A DNA stretch of 64,000 nt from an uncultured Erysipelotrichaceae bacterium (GCA_946183085.1 CAMGZU010000001.1:3727-67726); one strand, 5' to 3'. Counted from the first letter of the stretch, positions 29,010-37,868 are shown. Program-made: numbers and translations. The notes: generated by a model from the sequence alone, not told the origin.

Positions 29010-31247
29010 ATGAAAGCACTCATTTGCCCCCGTTGCGGGGAGCCCTTATCCAAGCAGAAAGACGGCGATTACCGTTGCGCTTATTGCGGAGCAATCTATA
29101 GCAAAGAGGAAAGCCAAGAGACCGAGGAAATCGTCCGCTCGATTCTCGAAGAGGCCAAGATTGAGGACCTCGCCAATCGGCGCAGGGTCCTTTGGGATGC
29201 CGCCCACCAGGCCAACATCTCGTCGAAGAGGCTTGCTCGCGCGGCCCACGATGTGCTCGCTCTCTTTGCGGAGGATCCCCTCGCCCGTTTTTACATCGCT
29301 GCCTTAAGCAAAGATCCCGCCGAACTCAATTCGCTTCTTTTGTCCGAACCCTTTGGCCTATATCAAGCAAGAGAGGTTCTTCGTTTTTGCTTGTTATCCC
29401 TTGAGCCGCGCAACATCCTCGCTTTGCGAGAGTTCGTTGAGCGGAGCTTTGTCGATAAAGAAGCGGAGAAATACCTCAACACCCTTTCCGACGAAGCCAA
29501 GAAACTTGACGAAGGCGTTTACCTTACATCATTACCACGCGACGTCTTCCTCGCCTATTCCAGCATGGATATGGACCAAGTCGTAGAAGTCGCGGATTAC
29601 CTCGAAGCCAATGGCCTTCGCGTCTTCGTCGCAGCAAGAAACCTCCGTCATGGCAAAGGCGCCCAAGAGAACTACGAGAAGGCCTTGTTCGACGCGATGG
29701 CCCACTGCCGCTGCATCGTCTATCTCTCCTCCGAATACTCCCGTAACCTCCAATGCGACGCGTTGAAGGTCGAACTGCCTTTTGCAAGAGACAACCTTCC
29801 CGATGTCGGCAGGATCGAATACTTGATCGCCCCCTATGGCTCCAAAACACCTCTGGCGGCCAAGGTCATGCTCAAATCCGTCTTCAAAGGCAAGGAATGG
29901 TGCACCGACCGCGAGGATCTTTTGGAACGTATCCTTTCCTATGTCGCTTCGGGCGAAAAAATCTGCCACCATTGCCACGAAGTGAATCCTTCCTCCGCCA
30001 CCCATTGCCACAAATGCGGTTATCCTTTGGATAAAGGCGAATACGAGAAGCGCGTTTTGGAAGAAAAGAAACTCCAAGAAGAACGAAAAGCCTGGGAAAA
30101 AGAAAAAGCGCGCCTTTTGAAAGAGACGGAACAGAAAGAAAAAGAACTCAGGCAAAAGGAAGAGGAACGCCGCCAAGAAGAAGAAACCAAACGGAAAGAA
30201 GCAGAACGCCGCGCCAAAGAGAAAGAACTCGAATTGGAGAAGCAAAGGCTTGCCTTAGAAAAAGAGAAGCTTGAGCTAGAAAGGCTCCGCTCCTCCACCA
30301 CCCAAAACGTGGATGGCGAAGCGCTTCTTGCCGCTATGGAAGCGGCAAAAAAGAAACGCGACGAAGAGAAAGCGGAAGCCGAGAGAAAAGCCGCGGAAGA
30401 ACGTCGCAAAGAAGAAGAAGAAAGAAAGCGGAAGGAAGAGGAAGAAAAACGCCTTCTCGAAGCCAAAGCGCAGGAAGAATTCGTTCCTTCTTTCAACCGC
30501 ATGATCGCCAAAGCCACACCCAAGCTCGAAGCAGATGGCGTCACGCTTTCTTTTGGCATGTATCCACAAAGCAAGGTCGAAGACGAATCGCTTTTAGCGA
30601 TTTTGAATGGCCTCACGAAGTGCTATCACCCCGCTTTCAAAGACGAAAGGATCGTCACCTACGACAACAAGTTCTACCTGGTATCGACCCACGATAAGGG
30701 AGGCAAGTCCGAAGATTCCTATTTCTTGTTCGAGCCCATCCGTTGGAAGGTCCTCGATCAATATGAAACCGGAGAAAGCTTGGCCCTCAGCGAAAAAGGG
30801 CTCCGCCGTCTTCCAATGCAAGAAAAAGCACCAGATAGAAGCAGTCTCCATGGCGTTGCCGACATGCTCGCCCGATATAGCGGATCGAGCCTGTCCTCCC
30901 ATCGAGGGAATTTCTTTGACTATGACTTGGGGCGTTGGATACGCAAAGTCTTTATTGAGCAGGCTTTCGGAGAGAATGCCAAACTCCTCGCCTCGGTGAG
31001 GTGCCTTGGCGAATCTCAGTTCTTCCATGCCTCGTATCGTTCCGCCATCGAAGACTTCACCGAAACCGATTACGCCATCGACGGAGGGCCGGGCTTGGCC
31101 TCGCGCGACTATTGGCTGGATGGCAGTTATAGCAATAAGAGCGGCATGCCTTATGTGGACGAATTCGGGCGCTTTCGTACCACCGAATCCCTCGATCTTC
31201 CCAAAGGCGTCCGCCTCACCATCGCCCTCAAGCTTCCGAAGAAATAA
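29010..31247 (+). CDS. Zinc-ribbon / TIR-domain / zinc-ribbon / K-E-rich coiled-coil / DUF6273-like fusion protein
   Basis: The product reads, in order:
- CPRCG..CAYCG (zinc ribbon)
- DVFLAYSSMDMDQVVEVADYLEANGLRVFVAARNLRHG...YLSSEYSRNLQCDALKVELPFA (TIR_2-like)
- CHHCH..CHKCG (second zinc ribbon)
- about 140 aa of K/E/R coiled coil
- a C-terminal FGMYPQ...EPIRWKVL... domain

I chose the ATG at 29010 because TATAAT at 28994-28999 lies just upstream. Confidence 0.8.
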   Translation: MKALICPRCGEPLSKQKDGDYRCAYCGAIYSKEESQETEEIVRSILEEAKIEDLANRRRVLWDAAHQANISSKRLARAAHDVLALFAEDPLARFYIAALSKDPAELNSLLLSEPFGLYQAREVLRFCLLSLEPRNILALREFVERSFVDKEAEKYLNTLSDEAKKLDEGVYLTSLPRDVFLAYSSMDMDQVVEVADYLEANGLRVFVAARNLRHGKGAQENYEKALFDAMAHCRCIVYLSSEYSRNLQCDALKVELPFARDNLPDVGRIEYLIAPYGSKTPLAAKVMLKSVFKGKEWCTDREDLLERILSYVASGEKICHHCHEVNPSSATHCHKCGYPLDKGEYEKRVLEEKKLQEERKAWEKEKARLLKETEQKEKELRQKEEERRQEEETKRKEAERRAKEKELELEKQRLALEKEKLELERLRSSTTQNVDGEALLAAMEAAKKKRDEEKAEAERKAAEERRKEEEERKRKEEEEKRLLEAKAQEEFVPSFNRMIAKATPKLEADGVTLSFGMYPQSKVEDESLLAILNGLTKCYHPAFKDERIVTYDNKFYLVSTHDKGGKSEDSYFLFEPIRWKVLDQYETGESLALSEKGLRRLPMQEKAPDRSSLHGVADMLARYSGSSLSSHRGNFFDYDLGRWIRKVFIEQAFGENAKLLASVRCLGESQFFHASYRSAIEDFTETDYAIDGGPGLASRDYWLDGSYSNKSGMPYVDEFGRFRTTESLDLPKGVRLTIALKLPKK

Positions 31248-31312
31248 GAGAAAAGGGGAAAGAAAAGTACCCTAGGATGAGAGGTACCCAGTTTCTTGGA
31301 ATCGATCTTCGC

Positions 31313-31440
31313 TTATGAGAAGCGTTTCATTTCTGGTAATAAAGTTTTATTAAGAGGAATCAAACGCCTCAATGTTTTCTTGTCCAACTGTTCCCAATGG
31401 CAATAATCATCCCAAGCGTCATCCGTAAAAGCTTAATCAT
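31313..31440 (-). pseudogene. Decayed YoeB/Txe-family toxin gene (frameshifted and truncated)
   Basis: The ATG at 31440 overlaps the antitoxin stop (ATGATTAA). After codon 4 the YoeB-like reading FTDDAWDDYCHWEQLDKKTLRRL continues only in the -1 frame (31429 downward). Homology stops after about 23 codons, and the catalytic C-terminal half is absent. Confidence 0.6.
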
Positions 31441-31687
31441 CGAGATTCACCTCGTGGGGTGTGCCCCCAGTCGCTTCCATTTCTGCCGCGTTCTTTTCAA
31501 GGCGCGCCATGTTGGCGTCCGAATAAAAAGGGTCTGCTTTGACGGCAAAAGGCAATTGACCGCCCCTTAAGGTGGCCTTGACAAACATGTTGATCGCCGT
31601 GGATGGCGTCATGCCTACCGCTTGGCAAAAACGTTCAAACGCCGCTTTGTCTTCGGAATCCAAACGCGTTGTAATCGTAGTAGTCAT
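31433..31687 (-). CDS. Type II antitoxin, RelB/DinJ (ribbon-helix-helix) family
   Basis: MTTTITTRLDSEDKAAFERFCQAVGMTPSTAINMFVKATLRGGQLPFAV shows the DinJ pattern. The SD GGAGGT lies 7 nt before the ATG at 31687, and a TATAAT lies upstream. Confidence 0.8.
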   Translation of the reverse strand: MTTTITTRLDSEDKAAFERFCQAVGMTPSTAINMFVKATLRGGQLPFAVKADPFYSDANMARLEKNAAEMEATGGTPHEVNLDD

Positions 31688-31828
31688 TTGTGTTACCTCC
31701 GAACACATTATACTAGTTTTGTGTCAAATTTTAAAACAATTGATTCTTTTTCCTAAGCGGAATGGATGGATAAGAAGGAACATCGAAAAAAAAGCGCCTT
31801 CCGAAAAAGGCGCTCGGTAAGCCATTGC

Positions 31829-33475
31829 TTAACTGATGAAGGAATCCACGTCGACGTCTTTGGTGTCGATCGTCGCGATTTGCGCGCGAAGCGAAAGCGT
31901 ATATGCCGGCGAGACCGAGAGTTCGTCCACGCCGATCTTTAAGAAGAACGGCAGGAGTTTCTCGTCGCGGGCAAGCTCGCCGCAGATGCCGATGGGAATG
32001 CCGGCGGCATGGGCATTTTCCGTCGCCAATTTGATGAGACGGCAGATCGCGCGGTGATGGGGATTGAAGGAGGAGGCGAGATTTGGGTTCACGCGATCGA
32101 TCGCAAGGGTGTATTGCGATAAGTCGTTGGTGCCGATTGAGAAGAAGTCGACTCTTTTGGCGAAGACGTCCGACATGATCGCGGCGGCCGGCGTTTCCAC
32201 CATGATGCCGATCTTCATGTCTTTGTTAAACGGCAGTTTCCTCGCCGCGAGGTTCTCTCTGGCGAGTTTGGCCATCTCGTGGATCCATTTGATCTCGGAC
32301 TCCGAGATGATCATCGGGACCATGACCGCGAGGTTGCCGTAAGCCGAAGCCCTGTAAAGGGCTTGGAGCTGGGCGGCGAAGATCTCGGGCCGCGCTTTGC
32401 AGATGCGGATGCTGCGGAAGCCGAGGGCGGGGTTTTCCTCCTCGGGGAGGTCGAAGTAATCGATCTTCTTGTCGGCGCCGATGTCGAGGGTGCGGATGAT
32501 GACTTGCTTCTCCCCCATCGCCTCGACGACGCGCTTATAGTGCTCGAACTGCTCCTCTTCGCTTGGGTAATCCTTCGCTTCGAGGTAGATGAATTCGCTG
32601 CGGAAGAGGCCAATGCCTTCAGCGTCGTTCCTGAGGGCGTTTTCCACCTCGAAGGAGGAGGCGATGTTGTTGTAGATTTGGACGGACTTCCCATCCTTGG
32701 TCAGGGTGGGTTTGCCTTTGTAGGCCTGGAGTTTGGCCTTGTTCTTTTCGTATTCGTCCTTCTTTTTGGAATAGGCGGTGACCGTCTTGCTTTCGGGCGA
32801 GACGATGAAGTCGCCTTTCGAGGCGTCCAGAATCGCGAAGCTTCCTTGCAAAGAAGGCGTCACTTCAAGCCCCTCGATGCCGCATAAAGAAGGAATCTCC
32901 ATCATGCGGGTCAAGATCGAAACGTGCGAATTGGGCGAGCCTTTGGCAAAGACGATGCCGAGGATCATCTCCTTGTCGAGCTTCATGAGTTCGCTGGATG
33001 GGAGGTCATCGCAAAGGATGATGGAGGGCTCTTTTAAGACGAAGCCCCCTTCCTCTTCTCCTAAGAATGAGACGATGCGGCTCGCGACTTCTTTGACGTC
33101 GTTGACGCGGGCCTTCATGTATTCGTCGTCCATCTGGGCGAATATCATCGCCAAGTTGTCGCCGGCCGCCATGACGGCGTATTCGGCGGAGACGTCGTTC
33201 TCAAGCTCACCCTTGACGGCGTCCTCGAAGTCGAGGTCTTGGGCCATCAGTTTGTGGGTCTCGAACAGCTGCGCCTCTTTCTCGCCGAGCTTGGCCAAGG
33301 TTTCCAAGAAGGATTGTTCCAGGGCGGAGACGGTTTCTTCCCGCGCTTTCTCGAAGCGGGCGAATTCCTTCTCCTTCCCCTTCCCCGCGGTCTTCTCAAC
33401 CTTTTTTGCGCTATAAACGGCGATCTTGCCGAGCGCATAGCCTTCGAAGACGCGGGTGCCGGAGTAGGTTTTCAT
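31829..33475 (-). CDS. ptsI: PTS enzyme I (phosphoenolpyruvate-protein phosphotransferase)
   Basis: GSPNSHVSILTRMMEIP (active-site His region), GLFRSEFIY and SIGTNDLSQY are present. Confidence 0.95.
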   Translation of the reverse strand: MKTYSGTRVFEGYALGKIAVYSAKKVEKTAGKGKEKEFARFEKAREETVSALEQSFLETLAKLGEKEAQLFETHKLMAQDLDFEDAVKGELENDVSAEYAVMAAGDNLAMIFAQMDDEYMKARVNDVKEVASRIVSFLGEEEGGFVLKEPSIILCDDLPSSELMKLDKEMILGIVFAKGSPNSHVSILTRMMEIPSLCGIEGLEVTPSLQGSFAILDASKGDFIVSPESKTVTAYSKKKDEYEKNKAKLQAYKGKPTLTKDGKSVQIYNNIASSFEVENALRNDAEGIGLFRSEFIYLEAKDYPSEEEQFEHYKRVVEAMGEKQVIIRTLDIGADKKIDYFDLPEEENPALGFRSIRICKARPEIFAAQLQALYRASAYGNLAVMVPMIISESEIKWIHEMAKLARENLAARKLPFNKDMKIGIMVETPAAAIMSDVFAKRVDFFSIGTNDLSQYTLAIDRVNPNLASSFNPHHRAICRLIKLATENAHAAGIPIGICGELARDEKLLPFFLKIGVDELSVSPAYTLSLRAQIATIDTKDVDVDSFIS

Positions 33476-33732
33476 CAGAGATTTTCCTGGAAGGTCTTAA
33501 GAAGCGCGGTGGCGGCGGCTTCTTCGTCAGCACCCTCGATGGAGACGCTGACCTCTTCGCCAGATTTCACGCAAAGGCCCATCACGCCGAAGATGCGCTT
33601 CAAATCGGCGGTCTTGCCTTTGTTGGTGATGGAGACGGTCGAGGCGAATTTCTTCGCTTCGGCCACGACGATCCCCGCCGGGCGGGCGTGGATGCCTTCT
33701 TTGTCTTTGATGACGTAGGTGAAACTCTTCAT
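33475..33732 (-). CDS. ptsH: Phosphocarrier protein HPr (His15 present, Ser46 replaced by Arg)
   Basis: KEGIHARPAG carries His15. Position 46 is Arg (CGC, nt 33595-33597) within ADLKRIFGVMGL. Confidence 0.9.
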   Translation of the reverse strand: MKSFTYVIKDKEGIHARPAGIVVAEAKKFASTVSITNKGKTADLKRIFGVMGLCVKSGEEVSVSIEGADEEAAATALLKTFQENL

Positions 33733-33765
33733 GTGATAATCTCCTTGTTTCTTATAGATTAATGC

Positions 33766-35766
33766 TTATTTCTTCCAAGGGAAGTGGATGCCTTTCCATT
33801 TGCCAAGCTCAGGGTTCTCCGCATCCTTCTTCAACAAGCCAAGCATGAAGGCGGTGACGAAGGAGCCGATGACGATAGCGAGGAGGTAAAGGAGGATCGT
33901 CCAGCCGCTCGGCTGAATCGTCGCGAGGACGAAGACGCCGCCATGGGGAGCCAACAGCTGGCAGCCAAAGAGGCCCGAGAAGAGGCCGGCGACGGCGCTG
34001 CCGACGACGGAAGAGAGGATGACGCGCCAAGGATCGGAAGCCGCGAAGGGAATCGCGCCTTCGGTGATGAAGGAGGCGCCCATGACGTAGTTGACGTAAG
34101 CGTCGCGGCGCTGGGCTTTGCTGTATTTCTGCGGGAAGAGGTGAGCCGAGATGGCGATGCCAAGCGGCGGCACCATGCCGCCCGCCATAACGGCAGCCAT
34201 GATCATGTAGCCCGAAGCGGAGGCCGAAGCCAAGGAGCCGACGGCGAAGACGTAAGCGGCTTTGTTGATCGGGCCGCCCATGTCGATGGCCATCATCGCG
34301 CCTAAGAGGGCGCAAAGCAGGATGGTGAGGTTATGCTCCGCGAGCCAATTCAGCATGTTGGAGAAGCCGATGTTGACGTAGATGAGCGGGGTGTTGACGA
34401 GGTACATCGTGAGACCGATGCAGAGGGTGCCAAGAACCGGCACGATGAGGGTGGCTTTGAGGGATTCGAGGGATTTCGGCAAGAAAGAGAAGAGCTTGTT
34501 GAGGCCGATGACGATGTAGCCAGCGGCGAAGCCCGCCACGATGCCACCCAAGAAGCCAGCCGAGGCGCTCAAGGCGTAATTCTCGCCCTGAATCGAGGCG
34601 AGGATGTTGAAGTTGGTGGTCGTCGCGATGTAGCCGCCGACCATGCCAACGGCGAGGGCGCCTTTGTTTTGATGGGTGATCGAGTGGGCGATGAAGCCAG
34701 CGAGGACCCAGACCATGAAGCCAAAGGCGTAGCCGCCGATGTTCTTAAACCAAGCGGCGACCGGGTTGACCGAGCCAAAAGCGGCGCTTCCGGCATTGCC
34801 GGCGATGGTATCGATCAAGAAGGCGAGAGCGATCAAGATGCCGCCGCCGATGACGAAGGGGAGCATGTGGCTGACGCCGTTCATCAAATGACGGTAGATC
34901 TGGTGGGCGACGCTTTCTTTGCCTTCGGATCGAGCGACTTTTCTTTCTTCGCCCGCCTTGAAGATCGGGGTAGAAGGATCGAGGGCCTCTTTGATGAGGC
35001 GTTCGGGTTCGTGGATGCCTTTGGCGACCGCGACCCTTACGACGCGCTTGCCGGCGAAACGATCGACGTCCACCGCGGCGTCCGCGGCGATGATGACGCC
35101 TTCCGCGTGGTCAATCTCTTCCGCGGTGATCGCGTTTTTGATGCCACCGCTTCCATTGGTCTCGACTTTGATCGAGATGCCCATTTCCTTCGCTTTGTCT
35201 TTTAAGGCTTGTTCGGCCATGTAGGTATGGGCGATGCCGGTTGGGCAGGCGGTGACAGCGAGAAGGCGCGGGAATTCCGGCCCGTTTTCCTTCTTCGCTT
35301 CCTCCAGCTTTTCGCCTTCGGCTTCGTCGATGACTTTGAGGAAGGCCTCTTTGCTCTTCGCGGCGAGGAGGTTGTTCTTAAAGTCTTCGTTCATCAAGAG
35401 ATTGGAGAGGCGCGCGAGGACGTCGAGGTGGACGTTGTCCTCGGTGTTGGGCGCGGCGATCAAAAAGAGCAATTGGACGGGTTCGCCATCCAAGGAGGCG
35501 TAATCGACGCCGTCTTTGATGACCATGGCCGCCAAGGCGGGTTTTGAGACGACCTCGCTCTTGCAATGCGGGATGGCGATGCCTTCCCCAATGCCGGTTG
35601 TGGATTCTTCTTCGCGTTTGAAGACGCCCTTTTCGTAGGTTTCTACGTCGGTGATTGCGCCGCTTTTCGCGATGAGGGCGACCGCTTTCTTAATGACGTC
35701 TTCTTTGGAAGAAGCGGTCACTTTGATATCGATCGTCGCTTTGGATAGTAGATCTGTGATTTTCAT
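33766..35766 (-). CDS. fruA: PTS fructose-family transporter, IIA-IIB-IIC fusion
   Basis: The IIA region reads GIGEGIAIPHCKS, the IIB region reads AVTACPTGIAHTYMA, and a long IIC membrane domain follows. Confidence 0.9.
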   Translation of the reverse strand: MKITDLLSKATIDIKVTASSKEDVIKKAVALIAKSGAITDVETYEKGVFKREEESTTGIGEGIAIPHCKSEVVSKPALAAMVIKDGVDYASLDGEPVQLLFLIAAPNTEDNVHLDVLARLSNLLMNEDFKNNLLAAKSKEAFLKVIDEAEGEKLEEAKKENGPEFPRLLAVTACPTGIAHTYMAEQALKDKAKEMGISIKVETNGSGGIKNAITAEEIDHAEGVIIAADAAVDVDRFAGKRVVRVAVAKGIHEPERLIKEALDPSTPIFKAGEERKVARSEGKESVAHQIYRHLMNGVSHMLPFVIGGGILIALAFLIDTIAGNAGSAAFGSVNPVAAWFKNIGGYAFGFMVWVLAGFIAHSITHQNKGALAVGMVGGYIATTTNFNILASIQGENYALSASAGFLGGIVAGFAAGYIVIGLNKLFSFLPKSLESLKATLIVPVLGTLCIGLTMYLVNTPLIYVNIGFSNMLNWLAEHNLTILLCALLGAMMAIDMGGPINKAAYVFAVGSLASASASGYMIMAAVMAGGMVPPLGIAISAHLFPQKYSKAQRRDAYVNYVMGASFITEGAIPFAASDPWRVILSSVVGSAVAGLFSGLFGCQLLAPHGGVFVLATIQPSGWTILLYLLAIVIGSFVTAFMLGLLKKDAENPELGKWKGIHFPWKK

Positions 35767-35789
35767 ATCCTAAGTGTCTCCTTTCTCTA

Positions 35790-36692
35790 CTACTTTATTG
35801 TTTCAAACAGCGTCTCGACGTCCTTTTTCTCGGCAAGTCCTTCCGAGAAAGCCGACGCGCTGCCCGTCGCGATGCCCCATTTGAAGGCTCTCACGACGTT
35901 GTTTGACCTAAGATATTCATCGAGGAAGCCCGCGACCAGAGAATCGCCCGCCCCCACGGTATTGACCACGTGCCCTTTGGGGGCTTCTAAAAGAAGCGGG
36001 TCCACTCCTTTGGCATTGAGATAGGCGCCTTTGCCGCCCAAGCTCACGATGACGTTTTCCGCGCCCATTTCCCGTAGGCGGTCGGAATATTTTCTTAAAT
36101 CTGCTTCGTTTTCGATCTTGGCCCCGAACATCTCGCCGAGCTCTTCGTCGTTTGGCTTAACGAGCAAGGGATGGAAGCGAAGGGTCTTCAGGAGGACTTC
36201 CTTCGTGGAATCGATGACGGTCGGGATGCCTTTCCCTTCGAGGCGCTCCAAGATGCGTTCGTAGACGTCATTTGGCAAGGTGGAGGGAATCGCGCCCGAG
36301 ATGACGAGGACATCGTCTTTGGTCAGCCCCTCGAGTTTCTTTATGAGGGCTTCGATGTCTTCTTCTTCGATCTTAGGCCCTTGGCCGTTGATCGCGGTTT
36401 CCTTCCCGCCGCGGATTTTGACGTTGATGCGGGAATCGCCTTTTAGCTCGACAAAATCGGCTTCGATGTTTTCTTCGCGCATCGCCTGTTTGATGAAGGC
36501 GCCGGTATAGCCGCCCACGAAGCCGGTCGCCAAAGACTTCCTGCCCAGGTGCGATAAGACGATTGAGACATTGATGCCTTTTCCGCCTGGCATCGACACC
36601 TCTTTCGAGGAGCGGTTGATTTCGCCTAGGCGCAGGTTCTCGACGTCCATCACGTAGTCGATGGAGGGAGAGAAGGTGACGGTGATGATCAT
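35790..36692 (-). CDS. fruK: 1-phosphofructokinase
   Basis: It belongs to the PfkB family: GGKGINVS near the N-terminus and NTVGAGDSLVAGF near the C-terminus. Its position between fruR and fruA also fits. Confidence 0.9.
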   Translation of the reverse strand: MIITVTFSPSIDYVMDVENLRLGEINRSSKEVSMPGGKGINVSIVLSHLGRKSLATGFVGGYTGAFIKQAMREENIEADFVELKGDSRINVKIRGGKETAINGQGPKIEEEDIEALIKKLEGLTKDDVLVISGAIPSTLPNDVYERILERLEGKGIPTVIDSTKEVLLKTLRFHPLLVKPNDEELGEMFGAKIENEADLRKYSDRLREMGAENVIVSLGGKGAYLNAKGVDPLLLEAPKGHVVNTVGAGDSLVAGFLDEYLRSNNVVRAFKWGIATGSASAFSEGLAEKKDVETLFETIK

Positions 36693-37432
36693 GCTTTGAC
36701 CTCCTTTATGGTGCTGCGTCGATATTCTTCAGGGGTTTTGTCGGTGATGATCTCGACTTTGTCGAGTTCGGCGAAACGGCAAGCGGAAACGAGGCCGAAC
36801 TTCGAAGAGTCGGCGAGGATATATGCCTTTTTGCAGCGCGCGATCGCGCTTTTCTTCATGATGGATTCTTCGTACTCCGGCGTGGTGACGCCTTCGTTAA
36901 GATCGACGCCATTGGCCCCAAAGAAGCCGAGGTCAAAATGGAACCGCGACAAAGAATCCAACGCGTAAGAACCGACATAGGCGTCGGTGGAAAGCTTCAT
37001 TTTGCCGCCCGTGAGGTAGGTTTCATAACCCAATTCGGTGAGGCGGCGGCCAATGGAGGTGCTGTTGGTTACGAAGACGACGTCTTTGGCGCTCAGAGAA
37101 TCGAGGATCGCCGCCGTGGTCGTGCCAGCGTCGATATAGACGATGGAGCGGTTTTGGATGAGGGAAGCGGCGAACGCGCCGATCTTCCGCTTTGCCCCTA
37201 CCGCCAATCTGCTTTTGTCGGTCACCGTCATCTCGAAGGAAGAAGAATCGAAATTCGGAGACTGAGCGCCCCCGCGTAGGCGCAAGATGCGCCCGTCCTT
37301 ATCCATCTCCACCAAATCCGCGCGGATCGTCGACTCGCTTGAATTCGTAAGCTGCATGAGCTCGTGGAGGGTGGCGAAAGAGCGTTCGCGGACGAACGCG
37401 GCAATCGCGTTTTGCCTTGCTTCTTTCAACAT
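36689..37432 (-). CDS. fruR: DeoR-family transcriptional repressor (fructose operon)
   Basis: MLKEARQNAIAAFVRERSFATLHELMQLTNSSESTIRADLVEMD is the DeoR HTH, followed by a DeoR C-terminal sensor domain. The start is the ATG at 37432. Confidence 0.85.
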   Translation of the reverse strand: MLKEARQNAIAAFVRERSFATLHELMQLTNSSESTIRADLVEMDKDGRILRLRGGAQSPNFDSSSFEMTVTDKSRLAVGAKRKIGAFAASLIQNRSIVYIDAGTTTAAILDSLSAKDVVFVTNSTSIGRRLTELGYETYLTGGKMKLSTDAYVGSYALDSLSRFHFDLGFFGANGVDLNEGVTTPEYEESIMKKSAIARCKKAYILADSSKFGLVSACRFAELDKVEIITDKTPEEYRRSTIKEVKA

Positions 37433-37831
37433 GGTATGAAAGCCCTTACACAAACTATACAAGCGCTTTGAGAACAAAACAACAAAAATCATTAAATTTC
37501 ATTAAGTTTCATCATATTGGGTGGAATGATGAAAAGAAAAAGGAGGGAACTTGATCTAATGTGGACCCCATGTCAAGGACACATTAAGAAAAGGCCGACC
37601 TCTTCGCGTTCTCGCGGATGAGGTCGAGGAAACGTTGGAGTTCGGCTTTCAAAACCCTGTTCGCGTAGCTAAAACTCATATGAAAGCGGCCCCCTTTCCG
37701 GAGTGATTTGATGAATCTGGGGAGATTCCACCAAATTATCCGATGGGATGCCGTTTTCTTCTAGCCGTCAGGGGTTGCTTTGCAAAAAACCTAGAAACTC
37801 AATAACTTTCCTACACAATATCTTTCCTTCA

Positions 37832-37859
37832 TCGACAAATTCCCGTATGGAAGTACAAT
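37832..37859 (+). promoter_or_regulatory. Candidate promoter TCGACA-16-TACAAT ending 9 nt before the lipoprotein ATG
   Basis: The hexamers lie at 37832-37837 and 37854-37859. No SD precedes the ATG at 37869. Confidence 0.4.
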
Positions 37860-37868
37860 ATCGGCATC

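Noticed and set aside
30040-30480. A highly repetitive purine-rich stretch that at first looked like a tandem-repeat or CRISPR-like region.
   Set aside because: It is in frame inside the TIR-fusion ORF and encodes a K/E/R coiled coil. There is no fixed repeat unit with unique spacers. The overlapping ORFs on both strands (29532-30245, 30020-30616, 30276-30569, 30313-30504) are composition artefacts.
37433-37500. The imperfect palindrome CAAAGCGCTTG upstream of fruR as a cre site.
   Set aside because: It deviates from the cre consensus at several constrained positions (no TG..CA ends). It could be a DeoR/FruR operator, but the evidence is insufficient.
37584-37679. A 31-codon minus-strand ORF (MSFSYANRVLKAELQRFLDLIRENAKRSAFS) in the fruR/lipoprotein intergenic region.
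   Set aside because: It has no SD, no recognisable family and is too short to judge. It may be a gene remnant, but I cannot support calling it.
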